In this document: positions 1 through 9,299 of the stretch, in pieces
Numbering within the stretch: the stretch's first letter is position 1
How the letters are laid out: each line of letters begins with the position of its first letter
From: Promethearchaeota archaeon
GTDB lineage: Archaea > Asgardarchaeota > Lokiarchaeia > Sigyniarchaeales > SOKP01
Direction of reading: 5' to 3'
Assembly (NCBI GenBank): GCA_019058245.1
Contig: JAHPZJ010000004.1
Location: 1 to 41,059 of the forward strand
Length of the DNA: 41,059 bases
Translations under genes and position numbers: made by a program
Notes under the pieces: generated by a model
Database searches by the model: none
The model's input: the letters and a program-made list of their open reading frames with translations, nothing else
Told to the model about the DNA's origin: nothing

Positions 1-240
1 ATCTACTTGATTGTTTAATAATAATGTTAAAACCGGAATAAACCCCTCTTCAGACTTCCATAATTTTAGAATACTGTTTATTGCGTATAAAGTATCTCCT
101 GCTTCGGTTTCAATAATTTCAACATTGCACTTTAATGGGAAAATTTGATCAACAAATTTTTTATCGTAATGTTTTAAGATTTCATCTTTAAGGGGCTTTA
201 ATTCAGATTTTCGAATAAAATGTCTTTGTTTTATCTTCAT
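1..240 (-). CDS. DUF1947/pre-PUA-PUA RNA-binding protein (MCT-1/Tma20-like), N-terminal part; runs off the window
   Basis: Not in the ORF track. ATG at 240 (minus) reads MKIKQRHFIRKSELKPLKDEILKHYDKK...LWKSEEGFIPVLTLLLNNQVD, open to position 1. RHFIRKSE and FIPxL resemble the archaeal pre-PUA domain. Confidence 0.7.
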   Translation of the reverse strand, partial: MKIKQRHFIRKSELKPLKDEILKHYDKKFVDQIFPLKCNVEIIETEAGDTLYAINSILKLWKSEEGFIPVLTLLLNNQVD

Positions 241-312
241 AAGTTAACATAAGAATAAAATTTAAGAAAATTAAAATTTAGTATTTTATGAGATAAGTTA
301 TAATTTATTTGC

Positions 313-864
313 ATGGAATCTATGAGTAAAGTCTATACTTCAGCTGTTGTCATTACCCCCCCTCGAGAAAAGTGGTCATCAATTCAAGATATCCGTAAAA
401 TTTACGACCGAAATATTTATAGATGGATGCCACACATAACCTTAATATATCCTTTCAGACCTGAAAAAGAATATTTAAATCTTGAGAAGGCATTTACAGA
501 AAAATGCAAAAACATAAAAAAATTTGAAATTTCATTGAAAAAAATAAAATATTTTACTCATAGAAAAGATATATTTACAATTTGGCTTGATCCAGAACCT
601 AATCACTCCATAATATCTCTTCAAGCTAAAATTCTTGAAATTACTCCAGATTGCAATGATGTTAATAAATTCAAAAATGGTTATAAACCACATTTAAGTC
701 TTGGTCAAATTAAAGGTAAAATTAAGTTGGAAGAAATTATTAATAAATTACAGGAAAACTGGAAGGAAGTCAGTTTTTTATTAAATAATATACATTTCAT
801 ATCTCGAAAGCAAGAAAAATTTTCAAAATTTAAAATTATTAAATCAATAAGTTTGCAGAACTAA
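313..864 (+). CDS. 2H phosphoesterase (2'-5' RNA ligase / cyclic phosphodiesterase superfamily)
   Basis: Two HxT/S motifs, PHITL and PHLSL, about 85 aa apart. Confidence 0.85.
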   Translation: MESMSKVYTSAVVITPPREKWSSIQDIRKIYDRNIYRWMPHITLIYPFRPEKEYLNLEKAFTEKCKNIKKFEISLKKIKYFTHRKDIFTIWLDPEPNHSIISLQAKILEITPDCNDVNKFKNGYKPHLSLGQIKGKIKLEEIINKLQENWKEVSFLLNNIHFISRKQEKFSKFKIIKSISLQN

Positions 865-1116
865 AGATAATTATATAAATTTCTCATAGATAAAATAAGA
901 ATACCATTTCAAAGTAATTTATTACATAAATTCAAAATTAAGCCTTTTTAAATGGAAATGAAAAAGAATCTACTATACACAATAGTGAATATTTTATAAA
1001 TTGAAATTATAAAACTATATACCTTTAAAATAGAATGATTAAAATTTTTATATCCGAATTTCATTAATATATTAATTAAAAACAGATAAAATTCAATTAA
1101 ATCCTATAGAAAAATC

Positions 1117-1728
1117 ATGACAGAGAAAAAAAAAGAAGAAAATTTAGTATTTCATGAGCGTACAGAGATGATATTTAAAATTATAGTGATTGGAGATCCT
1201 GCAGTTGGTAAAACAAGCCTTTTGACAAATTTCTGTGGCGATAAATTCAAATACGAATATATACCAACGGTGGGTGTTAATATCACCAAAGAACCTGTCA
1301 CTATAAAAGATGAAATGGGTAAGGATATTAGAGTAAATCTGATGATTTGGGATATAGCGGGACAATGCAATTGAGCTTACCTCTTTTGCGTCAATCCGCA
1401 ATTTTATATGCTACACCGTCCTTACTTTAATGGCGCTGATGGAATGATGTTAATTTATGATATCACAAGATCTAGCTCATTCTCTAATATAAATAATTGG
1501 TATTCTACAGCAGTTAAATATGGTCTTTCAGGAATTCCACGAATTTTAATAGGTAATAAAATTGACTTAAAAGATGAGAGAAAGATTATATTACCTATGG
1601 CTGAACATTTAAGTGAGAAAATTGGGGCCCAAATATTTGAAACTTCCGCATTAACAGGAGAGAATGTTCAATTAATTTTTCAAAAAATTGCGGAATTAAC
1701 TTTACGTTCAAAAATAGAAGAGCAATAG
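1117..1728 (+). CDS. Rab-like small GTPase, interrupted by a 30-nt insert; predicted join(1117..1365,1396..1728), 193 aa
   Basis: G1 GDPAVGKT, G2 PTVG and G3 WDIAGQ are in ORF 1117-1374; G4 GNKID and G5 ETSAL are in ORF 1408-1728. Both are in the same frame, separated by one TGA (1372-1374). Removing 1366-1395 gives WDIAGQ-PQFYMLHRPYFNGADG, in exact register with the Rab pattern WDTAGQERFxxxxxxYYRGA. Confidence 0.9.
1366..1395 (+). other. Candidate BHB (tRNA-splicing-endonuclease type) mRNA intron, 30 nt
   Basis: Exon helix GCG1357-59/CGC1397-99; central helix GGAC1360-63/GTCA1390-93 (three WC pairs plus one G.A); 3-nt bulges AA|T1364-66 and AT|C1394-96; intron helix GCAA1367-70/TTGC1386-89 plus GAG1373-75/CTC1381-83. 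Cutting after the second nucleotide of each bulge removes exactly 30 nt. Confidence 0.7.
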
Positions 1729-2083
1729 TTAGTAGATTATTGATTATTTTTTTCTTCTAAGAATTCTAATAAAATTTTTTCTTTACTGAAATCTTTTTTT
1801 TTACCAAGACAATATTATTGGATAAAAAAATAAATATTTATAAATTAAATTAATTTCTCTCTTATCTTTTTCTTATTGAACCTAAATCACTCCATCCATG
1901 AGTAGCGTTAAGATTGTGGTGATCCTGACGAATATAAGATGAAATAACTATTCTTTAGTTCTTAATTTACTTTTAGTTGGATCTCCTTTATTTCTTATTC
2001 ATTTTTTAATTAATCTATAAAATCAAGAGCTTTAAATAGAAGAATTTGTAAATGTTTTTAGCAACTTTGATCACTATTTACCT

Positions 2084-2183
2084 CTTTTCACAAGAGAGAA
2101 TAATAAGGAGAAAACTTTCTATTGATTTCATCTACTTTCTCTCAAATATCCCTTCTCCTTTATTCTCTCTGAACTATGAAAAG
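2084..2183. repeat. Long imperfect inverted repeat / hairpin between convergent genes
   Basis: CTTTTCA 2084-90 pairs with TGAAAAG 2177-83; AGAGAGAATA 2093-2102 pairs with TATTCTCTCT 2161-70; AAGGAGAA 2105-12 pairs with TTCTCCTT 2153-60. Confidence 0.6.
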
Positions 2184-2233
2184 TTTTGAAATCAATTAAA
2201 GAAAAGATTATGCATTCTTATTATTTTTTAAAT

Positions 2234-2845
2234 TTATCCTTTTACAGACAACTTATTAATCCAAAATGTGATTTTCTCCTTAAGGGTATTTTTCATATCA
2301 TCAGGAAGAGTTTCTAAACCATTTAACTTGCTTGCAAATTGACCAATTTCATAAAGAATTCTATGACCTCCTGTATAAATAAAAATATCGTCTTTGATTT
2401 TTTCTAGCCCTTTCATAATTGGTTGGGGATTATCATTTTTTATGATGAGTTCTTCCAGAATATTAAATTGATCCACTATTTCCTGTTTTCTGTCAGTAGC
2501 GGATGTATCGCGATCAACATTTTCATTATTTGCTTCTCTGGATTGTAAAGAAATATCTGATCTTTGGATTAAACTTCTAATTAAATCAAGCTCTTCTTCA
2601 AGAATTTTTTGATTTTCGATAACATTATTCAACTTAGGTATTAGGGCTTTAATATCAATTGTTGCTTTACTCAACTCATCAATTTTATTAATTAACACGT
2701 TTACTTGTAAATTTGTTTGACCCATTTTTGTAATTATATCAAATCCAAATTTTTCGAGAACGGTGGAAAATTTTTCTATCCTATCATCATTTTCTTTTAT
2801 AGATTTCATGACATTCTCATTATCTGAATTATTATTTTCTCCCAT
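2234..2845 (-). CDS. Hypothetical alpha-helical / coiled-coil protein
   Basis: 203-aa ORF with heptad-like pattern; purine-rich AAGGGGA upstream; no family motif recognised. Confidence 0.7.
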   Translation of the reverse strand: MGENNNSDNENVMKSIKENDDRIEKFSTVLEKFGFDIITKMGQTNLQVNVLINKIDELSKATIDIKALIPKLNNVIENQKILEEELDLIRSLIQRSDISLQSREANNENVDRDTSATDRKQEIVDQFNILEELIIKNDNPQPIMKGLEKIKDDIFIYTGGHRILYEIGQFASKLNGLETLPDDMKNTLKEKITFWINKLSVKG

Positions 2846-3051
2846 TGATATTCCCCTTTAAAGTGTTTTTTTAAAGAGATAATTTTATAAAAAATAAAAA
2901 ATCAATCTTTACAAAATTTATTTTGCATTTAAAATTATTATTTAATTAATAATAATATACAGTTCTTTTAATATTAGGATCTTTCAAAAAACTTCTTAAG
3001 TAAAAAAAATATCATGAATTAAATAGAAACAAATTAAAAATCCGCTTAATA

Positions 3052-3921
3052 ATGATACAATACATTAACGTTTTGACTAGAGATGGCAAATCATTGTTAT
3101 TTAGAAATTATGGTAGTTCTGAAGTAGATAGAGATTTATTAGCTGGATTTTTAAGCGCTTTTTCAGGTTTTATGAAGGAAATAAGTCAAAGTGATATTAA
3201 GAGTACAGCTACAGAAGACTTTAAGTATTATTATACTATAATTGATACAATTATAATTGTGGTATGCACTGATTTAGAAGATGATGATGCAACCGTTAAC
3301 TCTAAAATCCTTAGTATTAGAACAAAATTCATCGAGAAGTATGGAAAGATTTTAGAGGATGGTAGTTGGGCAGGAAATAGAAGTCTCTTCAGTGATTTTG
3401 AACAAGAACTAGATAATATAATTTTAGGAGCAATTAAAATATCAATTATTGGATTTGGTGGAGTTGGTAAGACTACTTTAACAAAATTGATTTGCGGGAA
3501 AGATGTTAATCTTGAATATGTTCCAACGATTACAGCCGATATTGCTGCTTATAATGGAGATGAGTTTGAAAGGTCAATAACATTATGGGATTTTGCAGGA
3601 CAAGCTCAATTTAGGTCTTTATGGAAAAGTCTCTTGCAAGGATCAGATATTTGTATTCTAGTTACTGATTCTACTTTTGAAAATATAAATGGCTCTAAGG
3701 AGATAATACATGATATTTTAGATAAATATTATCAAGAAAAAGTAGTGATTGGGATTGCGAATAAACAAGATTTACCGAATAGATTAACACCAGAGTTCTG
3801 TGAAAAAATTTTATCTAGTGAAAAGCGAGTCATTAAGACACACGGAATGATTGCTATTGAACCTATGTATCGAGAAAAAATATTGGCAATACTAAAAGAA
3901 GCAATAAAAAAAATTTCTTAG
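3052..3921 (+). CDS. Longin-like domain fused to an Arf/Rab-like small GTPase (eukaryotic signature protein)
   Basis: N-terminal INVLTRDGKSLLFRNY...DLLAGFLSAFSGFMKEI longin pattern; C-terminal GFGGVGKT, PTI, WDFAGQ, ANKQD. Confidence 0.85.
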   Translation: MIQYINVLTRDGKSLLFRNYGSSEVDRDLLAGFLSAFSGFMKEISQSDIKSTATEDFKYYYTIIDTIIIVVCTDLEDDDATVNSKILSIRTKFIEKYGKILEDGSWAGNRSLFSDFEQELDNIILGAIKISIIGFGGVGKTTLTKLICGKDVNLEYVPTITADIAAYNGDEFERSITLWDFAGQAQFRSLWKSLLQGSDICILVTDSTFENINGSKEIIHDILDKYYQEKVVIGIANKQDLPNRLTPEFCEKILSSEKRVIKTHGMIAIEPMYREKILAILKEAIKKIS

Positions 3922-3962
3922 ATTTATAACCTAAATAATAAAATAAATTAAAAATAGTTTGG

Positions 3963-5720
3963 ATGGTTTGTTTGATCAGTTTTAATATGGAAGATATTGA
4001 ATTAGAGTCGTTAGATGAAGAAATAAAAGTATTAAAATTACCTGAATTATCCGATGAAGAGAAATCTATTATTGATCCGATTATAGCACCAACTTCAGGT
4101 TTACGGATTCAAATTCTTAATGAAAAAGAAGATGAAACAAAAGAACAATATATATTAACACGGAGAAAATTCTTTTTATTCCTTAGGGTGTTTAAAGCTA
4201 TTAGCCAGCAATTTAAAGAAATGAAAAAAAATCAGAATTTAAAGATTTTAATATTTACTGATGACCGACCAACTAAAAATATTTTATTAAAATATTGCTC
4301 CCAAATTTTTGCCTATGATGGGTATGAAATATATTATCAGCAAGATGAGGAAGGAGAATCAAGAATTTCATCACCTTATGGTGCAGCATCAATTGCTTTA
4401 CATGAAGAGATTAATTTGGTTATTATATTGACAGCTAGTCATAATGATTTATCTTGGAATGGTATAAAAGTGTATTTTGATTACCCTATACCCCTTTCTG
4501 GAGATTTATTTAAAAATATATCAAAAAAAGCTTTACAATTCAATGAAATTAAGCTAAAACCTGCAAAGCCCATTCTTACAGATGCAGAGAAGCAAAATAA
4601 TGATTATGTAATTGATCTATTATCGAAAGTTCTTGAAGTTAAGAGTATAAAAGAGAAAAATATAGTTATATGGCCATATTTAGGAAAAGCTAGAGGGATT
4701 GTTAATTTATTCAAATATTATGGTGCTAATGTTACAGTCGTAGAAGAAGAATTAAATCCTCCAAATCCTTTAAAAAATGTGCATGAAGAAAAATTACAGA
4801 ATATTATGACTCATGCTAATTCTAATATCGCTATTTTACTCGATGCTGATAGGGATAGAATTGCTTTATATATTAAACAAAATGGAAAATATTTTACATA
4901 TATTCCAAATGAAATCTATTCCGCTATGCATAATATACTAGCAAGGGAATATGGGAAAAAAATTATAAATGTGAGAACAATTCCGACCGATTTACGAGGA
5001 GATCAGACAAGTTTTATTAATATTTTAACTGGTGTTGGGTATAAACATTTAGGAGTGATCATGTACTTTCTTCTCGGAATTGAGGTAGATCAATCTAAAA
5101 TTGATACGGCTATTCTCTACTTTGAAGATGAGAACAAAAATTTGATTAAAATACATGATGCTGCTCCTTTGAAGCAACAAATAATTAAATTAATGGAAAA
5201 TCAAAATATTAAGAAAGAATCATTTTTAATGGTATATTGGGAAGAAAGTGGAGGGCATACACTTAATGTATTAGATATTTCAAAAAATATTGAAACAGGG
5301 GAATATCATTTCTCAACTGATTTTACTATTATCGCAGATAAATATCCTGTTCCCGCCTTAGTATTAATAACAGAACTTATTTGTAGAGGTTATATCATTT
5401 CTGAATCCATTGATTGGTCTATTAAAGGTATTAACCGTACAATTCCAGCTGTAGATGAAGAAAAAGTAAAAATTATGAAAAATTTCGAAATTAATAATGG
5501 AAAAAAGATTCAAATCGACGAGAAAGAGTATGAAATCCATGCATTATCCGACAACAATAATATGATAGATATTTACCAATTAAAAAGTCATGATTCTACT
5601 CTTTATTTTAGACCAAGTGGGACAGGTCCAGAGGTTAGATTTTATATTTTTGGCAAAACAGAAACACATTTAGATGAAATAAAGAGAGTCCAAAAATATG
5701 TAAAGGAAAATTATATTTAA
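3963..5720 (+). CDS. Alpha-D-phosphohexomutase (phosphomannomutase/phosphoglucomutase family); start possibly at 3987
   Basis: TASHN catalytic serine motif, DADRDR metal loop, EESGG, RPSGTGPEVRFY. Confidence 0.9.
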   Translation: MVCLISFNMEDIELESLDEEIKVLKLPELSDEEKSIIDPIIAPTSGLRIQILNEKEDETKEQYILTRRKFFLFLRVFKAISQQFKEMKKNQNLKILIFTDDRPTKNILLKYCSQIFAYDGYEIYYQQDEEGESRISSPYGAASIALHEEINLVIILTASHNDLSWNGIKVYFDYPIPLSGDLFKNISKKALQFNEIKLKPAKPILTDAEKQNNDYVIDLLSKVLEVKSIKEKNIVIWPYLGKARGIVNLFKYYGANVTVVEEELNPPNPLKNVHEEKLQNIMTHANSNIAILLDADRDRIALYIKQNGKYFTYIPNEIYSAMHNILAREYGKKIINVRTIPTDLRGDQTSFINILTGVGYKHLGVIMYFLLGIEVDQSKIDTAILYFEDENKNLIKIHDAAPLKQQIIKLMENQNIKKESFLMVYWEESGGHTLNVLDISKNIETGEYHFSTDFTIIADKYPVPALVLITELICRGYIISESIDWSIKGINRTIPAVDEEKVKIMKNFEINNGKKIQIDEKEYEIHALSDNNNMIDIYQLKSHDSTLYFRPSGTGPEVRFYIFGKTETHLDEIKRVQKYVKENYI

Positions 5721-5821
5721 ATTAATCATCAAGATCCTTATTAAGTCTCTTCTAATATCAAAAATTAATCATTATAATTAATAAAAACAAAAAAATAAGA
5801 AAAAAACTTGGTTTAGAATTA

Positions 5822-8800
5822 CTAAGTACTTCCTCTTTTTTTCATAAAGATATACACAACACTTATCACCGCGACTCCTCCGACTATAGAGACAACAACA
5901 ATAATTATAATGACAGTTGGGTCTAATCCACCTTCTGGAATGCTTTTAATTACACTCACACCTTCAGATACTTCATGTCCCGCGAGATCTCTGACATAGA
6001 ATGTAATATTGACTTCACCCTTGGATAAAGCTGTCCAAGCCGTCTGGTCAAAAGTACCATTATTCACAACAGTATGATTGGTCAATCCGCCATCAAATGA
6101 ATACCATATTTTATCTAGATTTACCTCTATAACATTTATATTAAATGAGGGTGCAGTATTGCCAAATGTCTCTCCTTCAGTTGGTGCGTTGATAATAATA
6201 ATAGGTGCTACAGTGTCCTTAATGATACTAACTTCTGCAGTTCCTACATGTCCTAAATCATCAACAGCGTAGAACTTAAGTGTAATCACTCCATCCGTCA
6301 TGGCATCCCATTTTGTTTGATTGATAGTGCTATTTGTCGTGAAGGTGTAATTATTTAAACCACCATCAATCGTATACCACATTGATACTAAATAATCATC
6401 GTTGATTCTTACGTCAAAAGAGGGGGCTATATTGCTAAATACTTCTCCTGAAGAAGGGGAGTTAATATTAATAGTTGGAACTTCATTATCTTTTATTATA
6501 GCAACCTCATCAGAGTTGATATTCATTGGCTTATCACTAGCATAAAATGTTAATATGACACTGCCCTCAGGTGTGGCATCCCATGCATCTTGATTAATCG
6601 TCCCATTATCAGTAAATGTAAAGTTTATTGATCCCCCATCGATTGTATACCACATTTCATATAAATAAACATCATTTATTCTAACATTGAACGATGGTGC
6701 TACACTACCAAATATCTTACCGGATGTAGGTGAATTTATTGTTATAGTGGGTTGAACATCATCTATTATTGGTAAATGGTCTTGGATTAAGGGAGTAAGG
6801 CTAATATTATAGGGCTCAATTCCGATACCATCACCACGATCTGTGCCAGTATAATTATCCCAGTAATTCCCAATTATACTACTGTTCCATTTATTATCTA
6901 TTCCATCATCCATTGCATGTTTTCCATTCTGAAGAAAGAAATTTTGAAAGATAGAGTTGTTATTACTATTAGTTTCTAAATATATTCCATAAACGGTATT
7001 TTTTCTTAAAATATTTCCCATTATAGTATTATTAATCCCTTCTTCTACTTCTATTCCGTCGTAACTATTGTTGTATGCTAGATTCTCAACGATATTATTG
7101 AAATTACTATAATACAGGCTAATCCCACCACTATTATTATTAAGATTATTTTGTGAGATATTATTGTAATCACATTCATTTTCAAGAAAAATCCCATCAT
7201 TACAACTCTTTGCCGAATTTTCATTAATTTTATTATGGTCGCTGGCTGTTAAATAAATTCCTGCCCTATTATTATTACTTACGCTATTTTCGGTAAGATT
7301 GTTGTAATCACTATCCTCTAAATGAATACCATCATTATTATTTCCATCTGCAATATTTCCAGAGAGGGTATTGTTATAACAATAATTGCACAAAAATATC
7401 CCATCACTACTGTTATATACATAATTTCCTGAAATTGTAACATTTATACATTCTTCCAGATATATTCCATTTTCATCATTTCCTTGTGCAGTATTATCAA
7501 TGATGCTACTGACAGTACATATATTTATAGAAATCCCATGTTCATTATCATTTACTGTGTTTCCTGTAATATTGACATAGTTACTTTCGTATACATTAAT
7601 CGCATCATAAATATTATTATTTACAATATTTTCAAAAATAGTAATATTATTACTATATTCTGCATAAATCCCCCAATATAGATTAGAACAATTATTGCTG
7701 ATTATTTTAGAATTATTTACATTATCTAGAGAGATTCCATTTTCATTAGTATTGTAAATTTTACAGTTTCGTATAATAAAACTGACATTAGAATTTCTAA
7801 TATCAATAGGGTAAATATTTTCAATTTTGAAGGCACTTAGTGTAAGATTTTCAATAATAAAAGGATCTAAATCTGTTCCTGAACCAGAACACCAGGTCTG
7901 ACTTTTTGCCCATGTCCAATTATGTGCACCAACACCGGTGGCAGTACCATCAATAAATATTGGTTCTGTTACCGTATGAGGTGAACAATCGTTATATTCA
8001 ATAATATTACCTGTACTTAAAGTCTCATAAATACACCAATTATTACTTGTCAAATCATTTCCTGACACATTGTTGAAATCACTTTCCTGTAATCCTATTC
8101 CTAAATCATTTCTATTTATTGTATTATTTTTAATAACGTTATTATCACAACGACGTAGATATAACCCTATTGCTGTATTATCATTTGCAGTGTTTTTAGT
8201 AATATTACAAGAATCTGAATAGTCTAAATATATTCCATGTTTATTATTATTATTTACTGTGTTACCTGTGATATTACAATTATCGGAATAGGAGATATAT
8301 ATTCCATAGACGCCATTATTATTAACCGTATTATTGATAAGCCTTGTTTTATGAGAGTTAGTATGTATCCTTATACCAAAACTTTCAAGTGAGGCGTGAA
8401 AATTGAAATTACATTCATTGTCAATTAGAGTATTATTTTCACTATAATCACCCACGATAATCCCTATATTATTATAATTTGCGGTATTGTTTGCAATAGT
8501 ATTATTTTTACAACCAGAAAATGAGTCAGAAACCCATCCAAATAATCCTATACCCAAATTAGAATTACTGTTAGCAGTGTTATTCGCAATGGTATTATTA
8601 TAGCAATATCTATATAGGAATATTCCTCCTCGCCCCTTATTGTTTGAACAGTTATTTTCAATTAAAGTCCCATTATTTGTATTTTCTAATTTAATCCCCG
8701 CATTATAAGATGATGAACTGCCTGTCACATTATAAACAGAACAGTTTCTTATGATAAAATACACATTCTTGGAATTACTTATTATTATACCGCTTCCTGT

Positions 8801-9067
8801 TGGAGATTTTCCCGCATTAATAGTGACATTTTCAATAATATAAATTCCATTTACTTGCCTGCACCATGGTTTTAAGAGTGTATCTGACCAATTATTGAGA
8901 ATACTCCCATCGATATGAATAAAATCTTCAATATAACCTCCCGAGGTTTTTGGTTTAATTTTATTAGTCTTTTGCACATCATAGAAATTGCTGTAGTTAT
9001 TAATTATTAATGGAAAGATAAGTACTAAAATCAATAAGATTACTAATTTTTCTCTTTTAATTTTCAT
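5822..9067 (-). CDS. Cell-surface protein: two NosD/parallel beta-helix modules, three Ig-like repeats, C-terminal membrane anchor
   Basis: Hydrophobic N-terminus; many GIYL..S..N.I..N repeats; GNYWDNY motif; three PxIxINxP...WY(T/S)(I/F)DGG repeats; TM helix followed by KKR. Confidence 0.85.
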   Translation of the reverse strand: MKIKREKLVILLILVLIFPLIINNYSNFYDVQKTNKIKPKTSGGYIEDFIHIDGSILNNWSDTLLKPWCRQVNGIYIIENVTINAGKSPTGSGIIISNSKNVYFIIRNCSVYNVTGSSSSYNAGIKLENTNNGTLIENNCSNNKGRGGIFLYRYCYNNTIANNTANSNSNLGIGLFGWVSDSFSGCKNNTIANNTANYNNIGIIVGDYSENNTLIDNECNFNFHASLESFGIRIHTNSHKTRLINNTVNNNGVYGIYISYSDNCNITGNTVNNNNKHGIYLDYSDSCNITKNTANDNTAIGLYLRRCDNNVIKNNTINRNDLGIGLQESDFNNVSGNDLTSNNWCIYETLSTGNIIEYNDCSPHTVTEPIFIDGTATGVGAHNWTWAKSQTWCSGSGTDLDPFIIENLTLSAFKIENIYPIDIRNSNVSFIIRNCKIYNTNENGISLDNVNNSKIISNNCSNLYWGIYAEYSNNITIFENIVNNNIYDAINVYESNYVNITGNTVNDNEHGISINICTVSSIIDNTAQGNDENGIYLEECINVTISGNYVYNSSDGIFLCNYCYNNTLSGNIADGNNNDGIHLEDSDYNNLTENSVSNNNRAGIYLTASDHNKINENSAKSCNDGIFLENECDYNNISQNNLNNNSGGISLYYSNFNNIVENLAYNNSYDGIEVEEGINNTIMGNILRKNTVYGIYLETNSNNNSIFQNFFLQNGKHAMDDGIDNKWNSSIIGNYWDNYTGTDRGDGIGIEPYNISLTPLIQDHLPIIDDVQPTITINSPTSGKIFGSVAPSFNVRINDVYLYEMWYTIDGGSINFTFTDNGTINQDAWDATPEGSVILTFYASDKPMNINSDEVAIIKDNEVPTININSPSSGEVFSNIAPSFDVRINDDYLVSMWYTIDGGLNNYTFTTNSTINQTKWDAMTDGVITLKFYAVDDLGHVGTAEVSIIKDTVAPIIIINAPTEGETFGNTAPSFNINVIEVNLDKIWYSFDGGLTNHTVVNNGTFDQTAWTALSKGEVNITFYVRDLAGHEVSEGVSVIKSIPEGGLDPTVIIIIVVVSIVGGVAVISVVYIFMKKRGST

Positions 9068-9299
9068 TTTAATGTTATATTATGTATTTTTTTATAAATA
9101 AAGAGAATGAGAACCAAATATTTAATATTTTTGAAATATAGTTTTAATTTCTCTTTTTTTTATTGAATTTATCGATTTAATTCATCCTGAATAAAATATT
9201 TGTCAATTAATTCAAACTCCTAATTGAGGTAGACCGAAATAATTAAAAGGTTAATTTAAAAGAATAATCTTTAATACAAAGAATACTTAATTTGATTTA

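Noticed and set aside
1372-1374. TGA as selenocysteine or readthrough in the GTPase (C-N-U)
   Set aside because: Readthrough would leave a 10-aa insertion directly after the catalytic Gln in switch II, and no convincing SECIS was found downstream (ATGA 1898...TGAT does not form the required helix). The BHB model explains both length and boundaries.
1366-1395. Spliceosomal-type intron or transposon footprint
   Set aside because: Ends are TG...AT, not GT...AG. The short repeats (CAAT, GCAATT) are offset by 29 and 31 nt, so a simple duplication does not give the 30-nt insert.
1117-1728. Two separate genes, as in the ORF track
   Set aside because: G1-G3 and G4-G5 of one GTPase domain lie in the same frame.
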